This document shows, piece after piece, positions 49,985-61,744 of a stretch of DNA of 64,000 nucleotides. This DNA comes from Trypanosoma brucei (lineage: Eukaryota). The position numbers and the translations under genes are program-made. The stretch covers positions 5,056,001-5,120,000 of the forward strand of contig CH464491.1 in NCBI GenBank assembly GCA_000002445.1, given 5' to 3'. Below the pieces are notes generated by a model. The model ran no database searches. It was given only the letters and a program-made list of their open reading frames with translations, and had not been told where the DNA came from. Numbering within the stretch: position 1 is the stretch's first letter; each line of letters starts with the position of its first letter.

Positions 49985-51522
49985 TTCAGAAACCATCAGG
50001 GCGAATTTTTGTTTACTAGAATAGAGGAATCCTTGCATTCTTTTCCATCCTATTTGCAATCAGTAGCCTTGGTGCATTCTTTTTGCTCTTTCCCTTTACA
50101 TTTCTCCTCTTTCTTTTCTTCCGCCTTCACTCCCTCTTTGAGGTTGCATTTTCCTTCTTTGTGTTCGCAATCTTTTTCCTCTTTGCATTTAGTTGCTTCA
50201 GTGTCTGGCTTGCATTTTTCTGTAGTTTTTGATTCTGCAGTGGTCTTAGGTTTAGCTTGTTGTTGTCTGCTGTTTTCTTTCCAGAAAACAACTGCTATTG
50301 CTTCCCCAAAATTTGCAGTGTTAGAGACCCCTACTATGTCTGGGTCGGCGTTTGTGGAGCCCACATTGTACGTTATTTTGTCATCTTTTAAGGGTTCAAT
50401 GAACTCCTTGTTGATATCGGTTGTATTTGGTCCGTATACTGCCGTTATTGCGGCTGTCCAGTCCGCGTCCGCTGCCGTTTCAGGTACCGATCCTTTCGTG
50501 AGCAGGAAAGCTATCTTCGCTGCCGGTGCCCCTTTGGCTATTTGTTTGCGCGTCAGACTTGTTGCTTTCGCCTCTTGTTTTATTAGGACTTTTTTGGCTT
50601 TACAGACCTTGTTTAACAGCGTTTTGTCTGTAATTACTAGTTTAAGCGGCTGTTTGTCGACGAAGCAGGCCGGGTCGTCCGGCCCTGTCTTTCCTAGCGC
50701 CTGTTTGGCTGGCACCTTTATTGCCGCCGGGGCTGCACTTGGTTTTGCGCCTACGCCGTTTACCACTGACGCTGGCGTTGTTGAGCTGGCTCCACAGTAT
50801 CCGGCTCCCTTAGGGCCGTTTGTACTGACGCTGCCGGCGGTTCCTTGCATGTGGATGTCAAAAGAAAGCTGCATGGGTTGGGGTTCAGTGTTTGGCGTTA
50901 GTGCTAGGTGTTTTAGTTCCCCTAACTCGGCGCTGAGCTTGTCTATGGCATCCTTGTAAGCTGCCATATTGTCGCATACGTCGTCTGTTTCCCCCGTTGT
51001 TGCATAGGTGGCGACACATTTTCCTTCCGCTGCTCCGTCGGCGCTTAGCCATTGTGCGCCCGTGCCTGTCCATTGGGCCTTGGCGGTTGCTTGGATCGCT
51101 TTCGTGGGACCAGTGAGCAGCTGCCCTAATACGCCGTTCCGTTTCTGCAGCGCTTCAATTGCCTCCTGTAGCGTCCGTGCTTTTCCTTTCAATGCAGCTT
51201 GTTGCCTGATCGCCGCGTCTGCTGCTATTGAGCTGAGGGCTGTGTACAGCATCTTCGCCTGCTTGTCGGTTGCTGCTGTCGCCGCGAGAAAAAACATGCG
51301 CGTCTCAGTGTTGAGGTCCGAAAGACGCTGCCGCGATTCTTGGATATTGGTACTGAAGTGTTCTGCCAGTTTCTTGTTAAAATAGATTTCGGCGCATGTG
51401 CTGGTGACCGCCGCTAAGCTTCCGTGGTCCGTTGATTGCGCAGTGGCGAGTGTACCCAGAAACACCACCAGTATGGCAGCGATTCTTCTTGCTAGTTCGT
51501 GCATCTGCATTCGCCTCCTCAT
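49985..51522 (-). pseudogene. VSG with intact N-domain ORF but TAG at the conserved Trp codon and a downstream frameshift
   Basis: 490-aa ORF 50050-51522 (signal ARRIAAILVVFLGTLATAQS). Ends ...KECTKATDCK-TAG-DGKECKDSSILVNK, followed by a 1-nt loss before the ...FALMVS tail. 3'UTR at 49891-49911. Confidence 0.85.
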
Positions 51523-53254
51523 TTTGTGTTTAACTTGAGTTAGGATGGATCAAATGGGACATTCAAGTTGTGTCCGTATTGTTCCGGACACATGGGAACG
51601 TTGGTCTAATCAATGTGATTTGCGTGGCGCATAGTTACACAATCCAAACACAAAACAATATCTTCCCATTTCTACCTGCCCGTTCTATACCCTTTATCAT
51701 AAACTATTCTCTCTTTATCAAATACTCTCGATTGCCCATACAGCTTCGTTTACTTCACCATAGAAATATCTTTCCCAGTGGTCTTCGATTTAAGCACTAG
51801 TTTCTCAGTGTGTAAAGCTGTTTTTGTCATCTACAACTGATTAAAGTGCAGCTTCCTTTCAGTTAACTTATATGCTGTTCCCCTTTCCACTTGCAGTTCA
51901 TGCGCTATTCCTGAAGCTACTCTTGCAGTTAGTTACGCTCTGTAGATTATTTTTTTTTTGAATTCACTGTGTGTGCATATAGTAGTTTTGTTGTGTTTTT
52001 TGAATGCTATTGGACGCATTTTTGTATGACTTTTTTCTTCAATGTGCATATTAATGGGCGAAAATTTTACAATACACTAGCTAAGAGGAGGAAATGCGTA
52101 TATGCACACCATATCACATGGAATGATAGTCCGGAACTCAGCCCTGGAGAACGAGGCACTAACCACTAAAACCCTCTTAGGTGGAGGTTATTGCCTACCC
52201 ACATCGACAGTGGCTTGTGACAAAGAGTCGCACGGTGGTCTAAAAAGACGGCCTCCTTTTCGGCCTGCTACTCCGCCTATAGCTTCTGTGGCATCTAACC
52301 CTGCGAAGTCAGCCGCTAGCTGTAAAGCTAGTGGCGCGTATGCGACTTTGATTGACTCCCTTTGAACAGGGTCCTTAACTGCGAAACATGAAGTAGCCAC
52401 TTTTTCTCGGAATGATTTGCGCTACACATACATAAATATCTTCAACGTCCAAAAGTACACTTGCCCTGGCGCCACAGACATCACTCACTGTAACTGATAT
52501 GCCAGTGTTCGTGTGGTAACAGTTAGTTTCCCCTGAAAATTTTAATTCTTCCTGGGTGCTAGACCCTGACACCACGATGAGGCTGCTAACACTAACATCA
52601 CATAATATGCTTTACTTTGAGTAGCTTCAGTGTTTTCATTCTTCTTTTTCTATACACGGTAATTCATTTGTAGTCTCATGTTTAAAATAATACTCATAGT
52701 ATTATTTTGTTTGGCGAAAATATTGGTATTTATTATTATATCTGATGAGTAAAAGAATTTTATATTACTTACTACACTTACGTAATTCCTTCTTTCTGCT
52801 CCTGCATCTACTACTTCTTCACGGCTAGGTATTAGGTTCCACCATCTCATTAAAAACATATTTATCAACATTTATAAAATAGAATCTATCACTTTGTGAG
52901 TAAAATGTGAAGTACATTATCTTTATGTATTATTTTCTTCTTTTGTGTGCTGTTTTTTATTCTGCCATTTCACCATGTTTTTCCCCTAATTTTTTGCGTA
53001 GCTTTGCTTCTTTTGTAGGTAGCTTACTGACTTTATTTGGCTTGCAAACTGGACTCCGCCTTTCCTTCATTTACATATCCATCATCTCCTTGTGTAAAAT
53101 AATGAGTTGTAATCACATTTGTGTTAAAAAAACGCATATTCTATTTCCCTTTCTTCCTCTCTTTCACTTACTCTCTTACTCGAGTTACACAGTTATGTCC
53201 TTTATATCTTTTAATGCTTTTATTTTCAGTCTACAGTCGTTCTCCACCATCATC

Positions 53255-53440
53255 CTCATAATAATATTCGTATACACACACTCACAACACACTCCTATTA
53301 TTATTAATATTATTATCATTATTATTATTACTGCTGTTATTATAATATTCGTATACACACACTCACAACACTTTCCTATTATTATTAATATTATTATCAT
53401 TATTATTATTACTGCTGTTATTATAACTATAAATGATGTC
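53255..53440 (-). repeat. Two near-identical tandem 70-bp repeat units (about 86 bp each)
   Basis: ataatattcgtatacacacactcacaacac(a/t)(c/t)tcctattattattaatattattatcattattattattactgctgttattataa occurs twice head-to-tail. Confidence 0.9.
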
Positions 53441-53630
53441 CATAAAATAAGTAAATAAATATAGTTAGAATATCACTCATTTTTCTCACCATGTCACCCT
53501 CTACTCTACACTTAGAGGCTATAATCATGTATATTTTATTGAAATGTCACCAAAGGGTGTTAATACCAAATTTTTGAAAATTTAGAAAATTATCATAATT
53601 TAATAGAGTTGAGAAAATGTCCTTAAAATT

Positions 53631-55481
53631 CTAAATTACTACTAAACTCACAAAATCAGCATCTATAAGAGCCAATTTCTTATTTAAATTAAAGCTACTA
53701 TTACGGTTCTTTTCTGTTTCCTTTTCATCTTCACCCTCTTTTCCCTTCCTCCATGCACAATTTTGTTTATCGCCTGTTTTGTCATTTTCACAAACTGCCT
53801 TATCAGTTCCGTGTTTTGCACATCTAGCTGAAGCTCCATCTCCTGTTGTTGTTCCTGCGGCTGTTCCTACTGTCCCTCTTTTAGGTTTACATTCCATTTT
53901 TTATCATATTCGCATCCGTTGTTTGTGCAATTCGTTTCATTGTTGTTGAATATAGCGCATTTATTATGTTCCTCTACTATGGGTTCTGTGACTCCCCCTG
54001 CTGGTGTGTTGGCACTTTCCGGTGACGTACATGTCAGCCGTACGCAAAAAAGCTTCCATTTGCGTAGCAATTGTCTCTGATTCTTTTACCTAGGCTGCGG
54101 CTGCCCGTGCTTCGTTACTGATTTGTGCTAACTTTTGTTGAGCATCCTGGAGCGCTTTGATCCATGCTATATTTTTTTCATGTTTCAGTAATTTAACGTA
54201 GTCTATGAAATTCCCTTTGTTTGCGGTTGCTAAGTCGGAGCCGCCGGTGTGGTCGCATGTGGTTTGCGACGTGGATGCCACATTGTACGCGCCGAATAAA
54301 GCCCTGTGTTTGCCGGCGTGCGTTGCCGCATTTCCCAGGCTTGCCTGCGCGATCCAGTTAGTCCCCAGGTCAGCGTGAAAATTTTCACTTGCCGCAACTA
54401 TGTTTGTGCCTGTGACCTCCGTTTCTGCCGTTCTTGCGGCTGCTTCGCACGCGCCCGCCAGCATCTTAAATGCCGCTTCTGCTTTCGGCTGATTCCCCGA
54501 ACCCGCGTTAAAGTCTCCCGCCACTGCAGGTGCCGTGCCGCACGGGTTTTCTTGTGTCGAGTGGGCGGTAACACACAGACAGAGCAGATCTGTTGCTAGT
54601 GCCTGTTCGACTTGGTCCGCTGTCTATGTTGCTTTTTTGCATGTGGTTACTCGGGTCGATGAGTCCTCCCAAGGGAATTTCTTGTTTGTTGGTTGTGCAA
54701 ACGCTGCATCTGGTTCAGTGAGCGAGTTTATTGTTGTTGCTGCTCCGCTGCCGTAGGGCACGGTAAGTAGCGCTTTTCGTGTTTGAAGCCTTGTTGTTGT
54801 TATTGTGGCGTCTAATTTGTTTACTTCTGTATTAATCTTTTCTGTGTCGGCTGCCAGTCTCGCAAGTTTTGGTTTGAACATTCTTCTTTTGCTTTCACTG
54901 AGTGGGAGGCCATACTCCGCGTTGAATGCCTTCAGTTACTCATTGTTCTCTTGCATGTCGTTGTAATCTTTGATCATGGCGTCAAGTAAGTTGCTGTCTA
55001 TTCCGGCAAAAAGATTTTTGACTGGACTGCTCTCTTCCTGCAACTTGGCTGCTGTGCCGTACTTTTCCTTTGCTTTTAGAGCCTCAGTCATTTGAGGCTC
55101 TGCCGCCGTTAAATTTAGGTTGATTATTTTTGCTGGGATAGGTTTCATTCTGCTCTTGGAAGTTTCTGCTTGGTTAGCTAGACCGATTACCGCCATTTTT
55201 GGCTCAGGTGGCACCGCCGTTAAAAGTTTGTAAATTACACAGAGATCCATGAACTCTTTCGCTTTCTCACTGGTGCTGTTCGCATATCCCAATGTGAGAG
55301 TTGTGATGAGAACCAGCTTCGTAAACAGCTTCGCGAGTATTTGTGTTTTTATTTCGCTATTCGGAAAAGTAAATTGTGGGAAGTTAAAAGTATAAAAATT
55401 CTGCGTAACATATGAGGAAAAATGAATTGTTTTTGGCTTCAGTTTCTGTGATATTGAAGAGGTCTTAAAAACAGCACTCAT
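53631..55481 (-). pseudogene. VSG pseudogene (A-type N-domain; multiple frame breaks)
   Basis: Signal-like KLVLITTLTLGYANS in 54936-55481. N-domain 54090-54524 (...CDHTGGSDLATANKGNFIDYVKLL...). C-domain pieces at 53867-54070 and 53631-53897 (...SSFNLNKKLALIDADFVSLVVI). 3'UTR at 53562-53581. Confidence 0.8.
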
Positions 55482-56425
55482 TTAAGCAAAATAATCTTCT
55501 AATTTTGAATCTAACCTATAGCATTCTATATCTATATCTGAAAACACTTAATATTTATGGTTCTCAATCGTTTATATCATATGCCAATTTTTCACCTTGT
55601 TCTCACTTTAAATAACCGAGTAATTCTGCATCTACAGGACGCAATTGATCTTGCATTTTGTTTGGAATCATATGGTAATAATTTTAGTCAAAGGCGTTTG
55701 GAAATGGGTAATTTTTGGCCAGAAAGAGCCATTTTTTCAGTTTTTACTTAAGGCAAGGTGCATATTGTGGCTTAAAAACATATTTTCATGAATTATTCGC
55801 TTTTTTAAAGGTCTAAATGCCTTTCGAAAATACTAATACGGAATTAGAAGAGTATCAGCATAAACTTTTTAATACTCATATAAAGCTGCTCCATTGGTTT
55901 ATATACGCGCTGTATTCAGTAATATCTAAGTTATTACTCTTTTACTGTCCAGGATAATCTATTAGTAGTTATTGTTTTAATATTGCCCTCCCAGTAATAT
56001 TATATTGTTTCTCACAAATGTTAGTCATTACTATAATTAATGAGAAAAAGACATTGATGATACCTCACTTTTACGCAATACCTCCTCTCTGTTCCAGCTC
56101 TTTCCTCTTCACAACTTGGAATTAGAATCCGTAATCAGCATAAAAATTAGAGTTCGCACCATCACAGCCGTTAAAAATATTCCCTTCTTTGCCAAATACA
56201 CAACATCAATGTCTCATATGCCCCACCTGATGTATTATTTTCTTCTACTTTGTGCTGTACTGTCATTTCACCCAGTGATGTATCTCCTCCTTTTTATTTT
56301 ATACTTCTCTTTTTTTTACTGCGAGAAACATAGAAATGAAACTTCCCACTTACACTGTTTTTTCACTTACTCAACACCTTGTCTATAATGATTTGAATAC
56401 TCGTTTTTGTGTTTCAAACAGTACA

Positions 56426-59400
56426 TATTCCGGGTGACGCCGGCCACTCCATCGTGGTTCCAGGGTCTAGTACTCCGTCCAGGAGGGAGCCAAGTGGCCG
56501 CATTAAACAAGGTCCGACAGGATTGGGGCGTGCAATAGGTTTTCGGCGACCAGGGAAGGAGCAAGCAGAAGCATCGGCACTCTGAGGTGAAGAAATATAT
56601 TATACTTCCCTCTGCATGTGCGAGCGTGCATCCATTGGGACACATAGGCTTTTACTCTTCTTAGCAGAGATGTGAAACAGAGTGCCGGTCCCGTCACTTG
56701 TAGAGCCCAGTAGAACTCTGGGGGTATCTCACATGCGAAGCGGATAGCTTTAGAGAAGAAGCTCCATGAGGACATGGTTTTATTTTCTTGCAGGAGGGAC
56801 ACTTGGCCTCGGTGGCGCGTGCCGCATTAAAAATAGGTGGATACCAATACATGGGGATAGCACGTTTTATACATGGTTTTGGGGTTTTAAATCTAGTGAG
56901 AGATGGCGTGGGATTCATCCAACGTCCGAAGGAGGAGGGTCTGCCGAAAAGAGCCTTGGCAACACTGATGTTTTAATCTGATCTTATGTTAACTATAAAA
57001 ACAGCTTACGTCCCACAGAAGAACAATAGTACTATCTCCACGCTTGAGAACCTTGAGAGCTCACCTGGATCACTAATAATAAGATCAGATACAAACGCAC
57101 ATCACGAGTTATGAGACCAGCTTCGCACAAATGATATTGCAGAAAAAAGTGCTGTAGACTGGTGTTTACAAAATGATATCAAAATTGTAAATGATGGCAC
57201 ACCAACGAGAAGAATGGCTCACATGGCAACAATGCCGTCTCCCGACGTCACGATGTACAGAGACTGTGAAGTCACAAGATTGGATAGAAGGCTCAGTCCA
57301 GATAGTGACCATTACTGGATAACGTTTGAGGTGTGTGTTGGCATTGGTGTATAAATGATCACCATCACCAAGCCGTGAGGGGAGTTGTATACTTAGAGCA
57401 AAGAAAATTGGCGGTAGTTTAGAAAAGTGTGTGATGTAACTATGTTGAAAAAATTAAGGAAATCGAGAAAGTGCGTGGATGCCATCAATGAAGAAGTGAC
57501 TAAAAGCATTCGAACAGCAGCAAAGAAAATCATACCGAATAGTTAAGGAAGTATCGTCACAGTTCTAGACACGATAACTGACAGAAGTTGACACAAAAAT
57601 AAGGGAATCTACAAATGAGAAGCAAAGAGAGATGCGCTTATATACAAGAGAAGGAAGGTCCTCGCCGACGCATCCTTAAAATGGTGGAAGGAAAATATGT
57701 TTAAGATGTTAGTGACCGATACAAAATGTTGGAATTTAGTTAACTCCATGTATGCACCGAGATCACTGACATCTCCTGTTCTGGTAGTGAATGACCACCA
57801 TCTAACACGCAGAAAGTAAGCTAATAAGCTGGAAAATGTATAGAGAGAGATCTGTTGACAAAAGCACCAGATGATCCTCCTATGAGTATAGCATATTGAG
57901 TAAGCGGAGAAATCGCACAAATAACGATGACAAAACTTGAGACAGAACTGAACGAACTCTTTTCAAGCACTGCCCCCTGTAAGGGAAATATACATTGTGA
58001 ACAGTTGAAGCAATTATGCCACTGTAGCAAGAAATGCGTCACAAGCTTTTAAACTGTAGCCTACAGAAACACCGAGTGCAGGAAAAATTAAAGCAGGGTG
58101 TTTTTATCTCACTACTCGAACCCAACAAACTCGCCAAGTGTGTGCTGTCGTTCCGGACCATCACGCTCACTAGCACACTCTGTAAACTCAAGGAAAGGAT
58201 TATATTGAGATTAATATGACACACAGTAGAACGTAGGCTACAACCACAGCAAGTTGGCCTTTTTCCAGGGAGGTCTACGTTAGACGCTGTAATGACACTC
58301 ACAGACTTAGTGAAACATAGAGTAGCAGGAGAGACAACTGCCGCTGTATTCATGGGTTATGCGAGAGCATTTGACTCTGTGGATCACAGGCGCGTATTAA
58401 ATGCATTAAAAAGATACGAGGTAGACATGCACCTCATTGCATTGGTTGCAAACTTTCTGGAGGGATGGACTGCAGTAGTACGAATAAGCAACACCTTCTC
58501 AAAGAAAAAAAATACAGCTCACATGTGGTATTTCACAAGGGTCCGTGTTGGGGTCGTTGCTATTCATTATCGCAATGGCCTCCCTCATAGCGAGATTAAA
58601 TGTCATACCAGCCCTTAAATACTGATTTCTTGACAGATGAAATCACGATAGTATGCTCTAACAGCGACAGAGAAGCTATTCAGCAGAAGGTACAACCAGG
58701 ATTAAGTTGTATAGCGAACTGGTCAGCGAAGCACTATGTGGAGGTGTATGCAGAAAGATGGTGGTATACGTTCTTTGTGGTGAGAGAAAGAGACTCATTA
58801 AACCTAAAGCTGGGACAGTACAGGTTAAATTAGACGAGAAATCCCAGACCCCTTTAAATGATAATGCAGCCACACAAAAATGTAATCAAACATACTCACA
58901 CCCTACAAACAAAAGCAAATATGAGATTAATGAAACTAAGTGTTGTTGTATCACATGAATGGGGGCGAGTAAAAACGGCGTCTGAGCATCTTAATTAGCC
59001 TTATTCCAGGCGATGTTATGCTATGGTATCGCAGTATGATGATTCAATGCTTCTCCTTCAGAAAAGGAGAACCTTGAACAAGTACAAGCGCAGGCGTCAC
59101 ATGTCATCGCGGGGATTCCAAAGTATGTGAATCGGGAAGATATTGTGAATGAGGCCCGTTTTCACACGATAGATAATATTGCTCACAGACAAGCAATAGA
59201 ATACCATTTAACAAGGAAGGCAAACGGTAAGGGATTAGCCAATACAGTGGAAAAAATGTTCCCACCCGGTCATCCTATACACGCAACTGCATAGTGTGTC
59301 GCACCTGTATGTGGAAGTAGACAGACCTGAGAAACCACACACGGCAAGCGTATTGTAACTAGTGAGGAGACCTTACGTCAACACCATAACATCAGGTGGT

Positions 59401-60030
59401 CTTCATTCTGACGCTTCTGGCAGAAAGAAAAATTAACACACATTGCAAAGAGTAGATAGATTCAGACTACGATCATCAAGTGTGGACGGGTCAGTTGGTG
59501 ATACTGAACGAATCATCTGGTGCCGGTGCGAAAATATACTCTAGACAAGGTAAAGCGGAAAAAGTGAAGAAAGGGGCAGGAAGGTTAGCGTGCAGCTACA
59601 GAGCATAGTGTGTAGCCATGGAGGCAAGACTTATGAAGCTTAAGTCAGTAACAAAGATCAACGAGAGTAAAAACCGAAAGTGGCAATATTTACAGACTTG
59701 TTATGTTTATTAATGGCACTAAAAAAAGGTTCTGAGGTAGTGACGGATTCCATATTCTGGCGCATATAGAATCTGATCATACACTTCATGAAACTTCGAG
59801 TAGACATGTCGTTTCAGTTTGTATTTTCATATTGCGGTATCCCGAGAAATGTTAAATTGGACGAGCTCGCAAACAAAGGAAACCACATGCCGTCAATTTG
59901 TAGTTCACAGATCACCAACATTGTCACAGGTATAACGCGCCAGTTATGTAATTAAGCACAATGTGACTTTGCGGAAGGCTGAGACCTAAGCACACACCGC
60001 AGCGTTTTACTAAACCATATACAACAAAAA
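56426..60030 (+). mobile_element. Degenerate ingi/DIRE-like non-LTR (LINE) retrotransposon; 3' boundary uncertain (+/-150 bp)
   Basis: GC-rich 5' block (ccggccactccatcgtggttccagggtctagtactccgtccaggagggagccaagtggccgc) resembling the RIME/ingi 5' end. Endonuclease-like segment at about 57000-57350. RT motifs in broken frames: ...ITLTSTLCKLKERII (58034-58219) and FMGYARAFDSVDHRRVLNALKRY (58292-58618). A-rich tract about 60020-60040. Cassette flank sequence resumes at about 60040-60170. Confidence 0.75.
58034..58958 (+). pseudogene. Reverse-transcriptase domain of the ingi/DIRE element, frameshifted
   Basis: Three overlapping ORFs (58034-58219, 58292-58618, 58600-58958) carry non-LTR RT motifs: RPISL-like ITLTSTLCKLKERII and a xxDxxKAFDxVxH-like FMGYARAFDSVDH with the first Asp replaced by Gly. 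Confidence 0.7.
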
Positions 60031-60300
60031 CAAAAAAATAAGGAGCTAGATTGTGAAGTTGAGTCAATGTTAGCTCAATTTAGAACAGGGACTCCAAAAC
60101 ATTTTGGATGGTTACATAGGGTGATCATAAGAACAGTTAACAAACTGGAGTGTAGATGGTGTGCAAAACACACGGAGAGCATTCTCAATACTCCCTAACC
60201 ATATTACATTACAACAACAGGTCACTATCATATACATCTACTATTTTTTCACTTTTTTCATTTTTTTCATTATTTTCAAATAATCGAAAAGGTTTTACAA

Positions 60301-60322
60301 ACGTGTTAAAATACATCAAATT
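60301..60322 (-). promoter_or_regulatory. VSG 3'UTR 16-mer-like element
   Basis: acgtgttaaaatacatcaaatt, 70 nt 3' of VSG 60392-61744. Confidence 0.7.
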
Positions 60323-60391
60323 TTACCAAATTTAATAAATTTACAAAATTGAGAAAAAATATTCAAAATACATTAATCCTTATAATGCTAC

Positions 60392-61744
60392 CTAACTCAC
60401 AAAAGGAATAGCAAAAATAAAAAATTTCTTATTTGGAGCAAAACTGGACTCTTTGCATTCTTTTCCTTCCCATTGGCAACCATTTTCTTCACAGTCCTTC
60501 TTTTTTTTGAGCTTGTCGCATTTTTCCGTTTCTGAACCTGACGGTTTTGCTGTTTGGGCGCTGTCCACCGGCAACGGTGCATCTCCTGAAATTGCCCGCA
60601 GATACGCTGACAGTGCTGTTTGTTTGAGGTTTACAACTGCCCTATAAATTTCTCCATTAGCAAGAGCGTTTGTTTTGGCTTCTTCCACCTTCTGTTCTGC
60701 TGTTTCGAGCGCTTCGAGCCACGGTATAGGTGTGTGCCCGTCCGCTGGTGTGGGTTTGTAATAGACGCAGAGACCTTGGGCGCCGCCGTTGCATTGTTTG
60801 CTGTCCTCTGCACCTAGTATGTTACCTTCGGCTTGTGTGTTTTTGCCATTCTTCTTCAGGGCTGCTAGAAATGTTGCCCTGGCCGCTGCAGCCGCTGCTG
60901 CGTTGAATTTTACTCCTTTTGCCTTTGGGCACTTTTCTAGCAGCTTGCCGTACGCTGTCGCCGCGGCGTTTGGGTTTGTGTACTGAACGCTCGCCCCCAC
61001 GTTTGCCCCCGTGCACTCTTCCCCATTGCCGCCGTTTGCTGCACAGAGACAGACGAAGTCGGCTGCGAGGCTGGCGCCTGAGTTTTGGCTAGTCGGGTTG
61101 CTGCCCCCGCATGCTGAATCTCCAGTTGATGGGAATGGCTTGTCAGCGTCACTTGTTAGTGCTCCGCTCTCGCCAAACAGCACTTTGTTTTGGAGATCTT
61201 TTATTGCTGTGGCCGTTATTTTAGGTTTGAGTTCTTTCTGCTTTTCAAGTGCCAGCTCTAGTGTCCGGTTTATAATCGTCGCTGCGACGTTCCTTTCATG
61301 GCTTGGCCCGGGGTGCATTAGCTTTACTTCGTCGATCACCGTGTCGCCCTTGTCGATTAATTTTTTATTTTTTTCCCACGTGTCTCTGTTGCCCTTCCAG
61401 TGTTTTGATTCCTGAGCTTCGTCTGGTTTTTGCTCGAAAGAAAGTTTGTAGAAGCTTTCTGGCGCCACCGAAAGATTGAGCTGTTTTATAATTTCTAGGA
61501 TCGCTGGGACGCTTTCACCTTTTTCCTCCGTGTCGACGTCAGGCGGAGAAGACGCTATACTAATTACTGCTGAAAGAGCATCGAAAACTATGGCATTGTC
61601 ATTGGCCGCTGCCGCTGATTTGTCCGCTGTGGGGGCTAAAATTTCGATTATTGTGGCTACTTTCCTGAGCATGTCTTTGGTTAATTGTTGTCGATGAGAG
61701 AAGACTATGGCGAGGGCTAGAGTTTCTCGGTCTTGGTATTTCAA
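60392..61744 (-). CDS. VSG (B-type, paralog of the 6034 VSG); ORF intact but atypical N- and C-termini, possibly nonfunctional
   Basis: 450-aa ORF. ...AAANDNAIVFDALSAVISI... aligns with AANDNAQAFNMMCGIRQIL of the 6034 VSG, but the conserved Cys is absent. Shared CGGSNPTSQNSGASLAADFVCLCAANGG...IPWLEAL. Ends ...CQWEGKECKESSFAPNKKFFIFAIPFVS rather than ...FVALLF. 3'UTR at 60301-60322. Confidence 0.75.
   Translation of the reverse strand: MKYQDRETLALAIVFSHRQQLTKDMLRKVATIIEILAPTADKSAAAANDNAIVFDALSAVISIASSPPDVDTEEKGESVPAILEIIKQLNLSVAPESFYKLSFEQKPDEAQESKHWKGNRDTWEKNKKLIDKGDTVIDEVKLMHPGPSHERNVAATIINRTLELALEKQKELKPKITATAIKDLQNKVLFGESGALTSDADKPFPSTGDSACGGSNPTSQNSGASLAADFVCLCAANGGNGEECTGANVGASVQYTNPNAAATAYGKLLEKCPKAKGVKFNAAAAAAARATFLAALKKNGKNTQAEGNILGAEDSKQCNGGAQGLCVYYKPTPADGHTPIPWLEALETAEQKVEEAKTNALANGEIYRAVVNLKQTALSAYLRAISGDAPLPVDSAQTAKPSGSETEKCDKLKKKKDCEENGCQWEGKECKESSFAPNKKFFIFAIPFVS

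Noticed and set aside
56367-56981. Overlapping small ORFs at 56367-56981 on both strands
   Set aside because: They lie in the GC-rich non-coding 5' part of the ingi/RIME-like element. Mutually overlapping frames with no motifs are best explained by composition.
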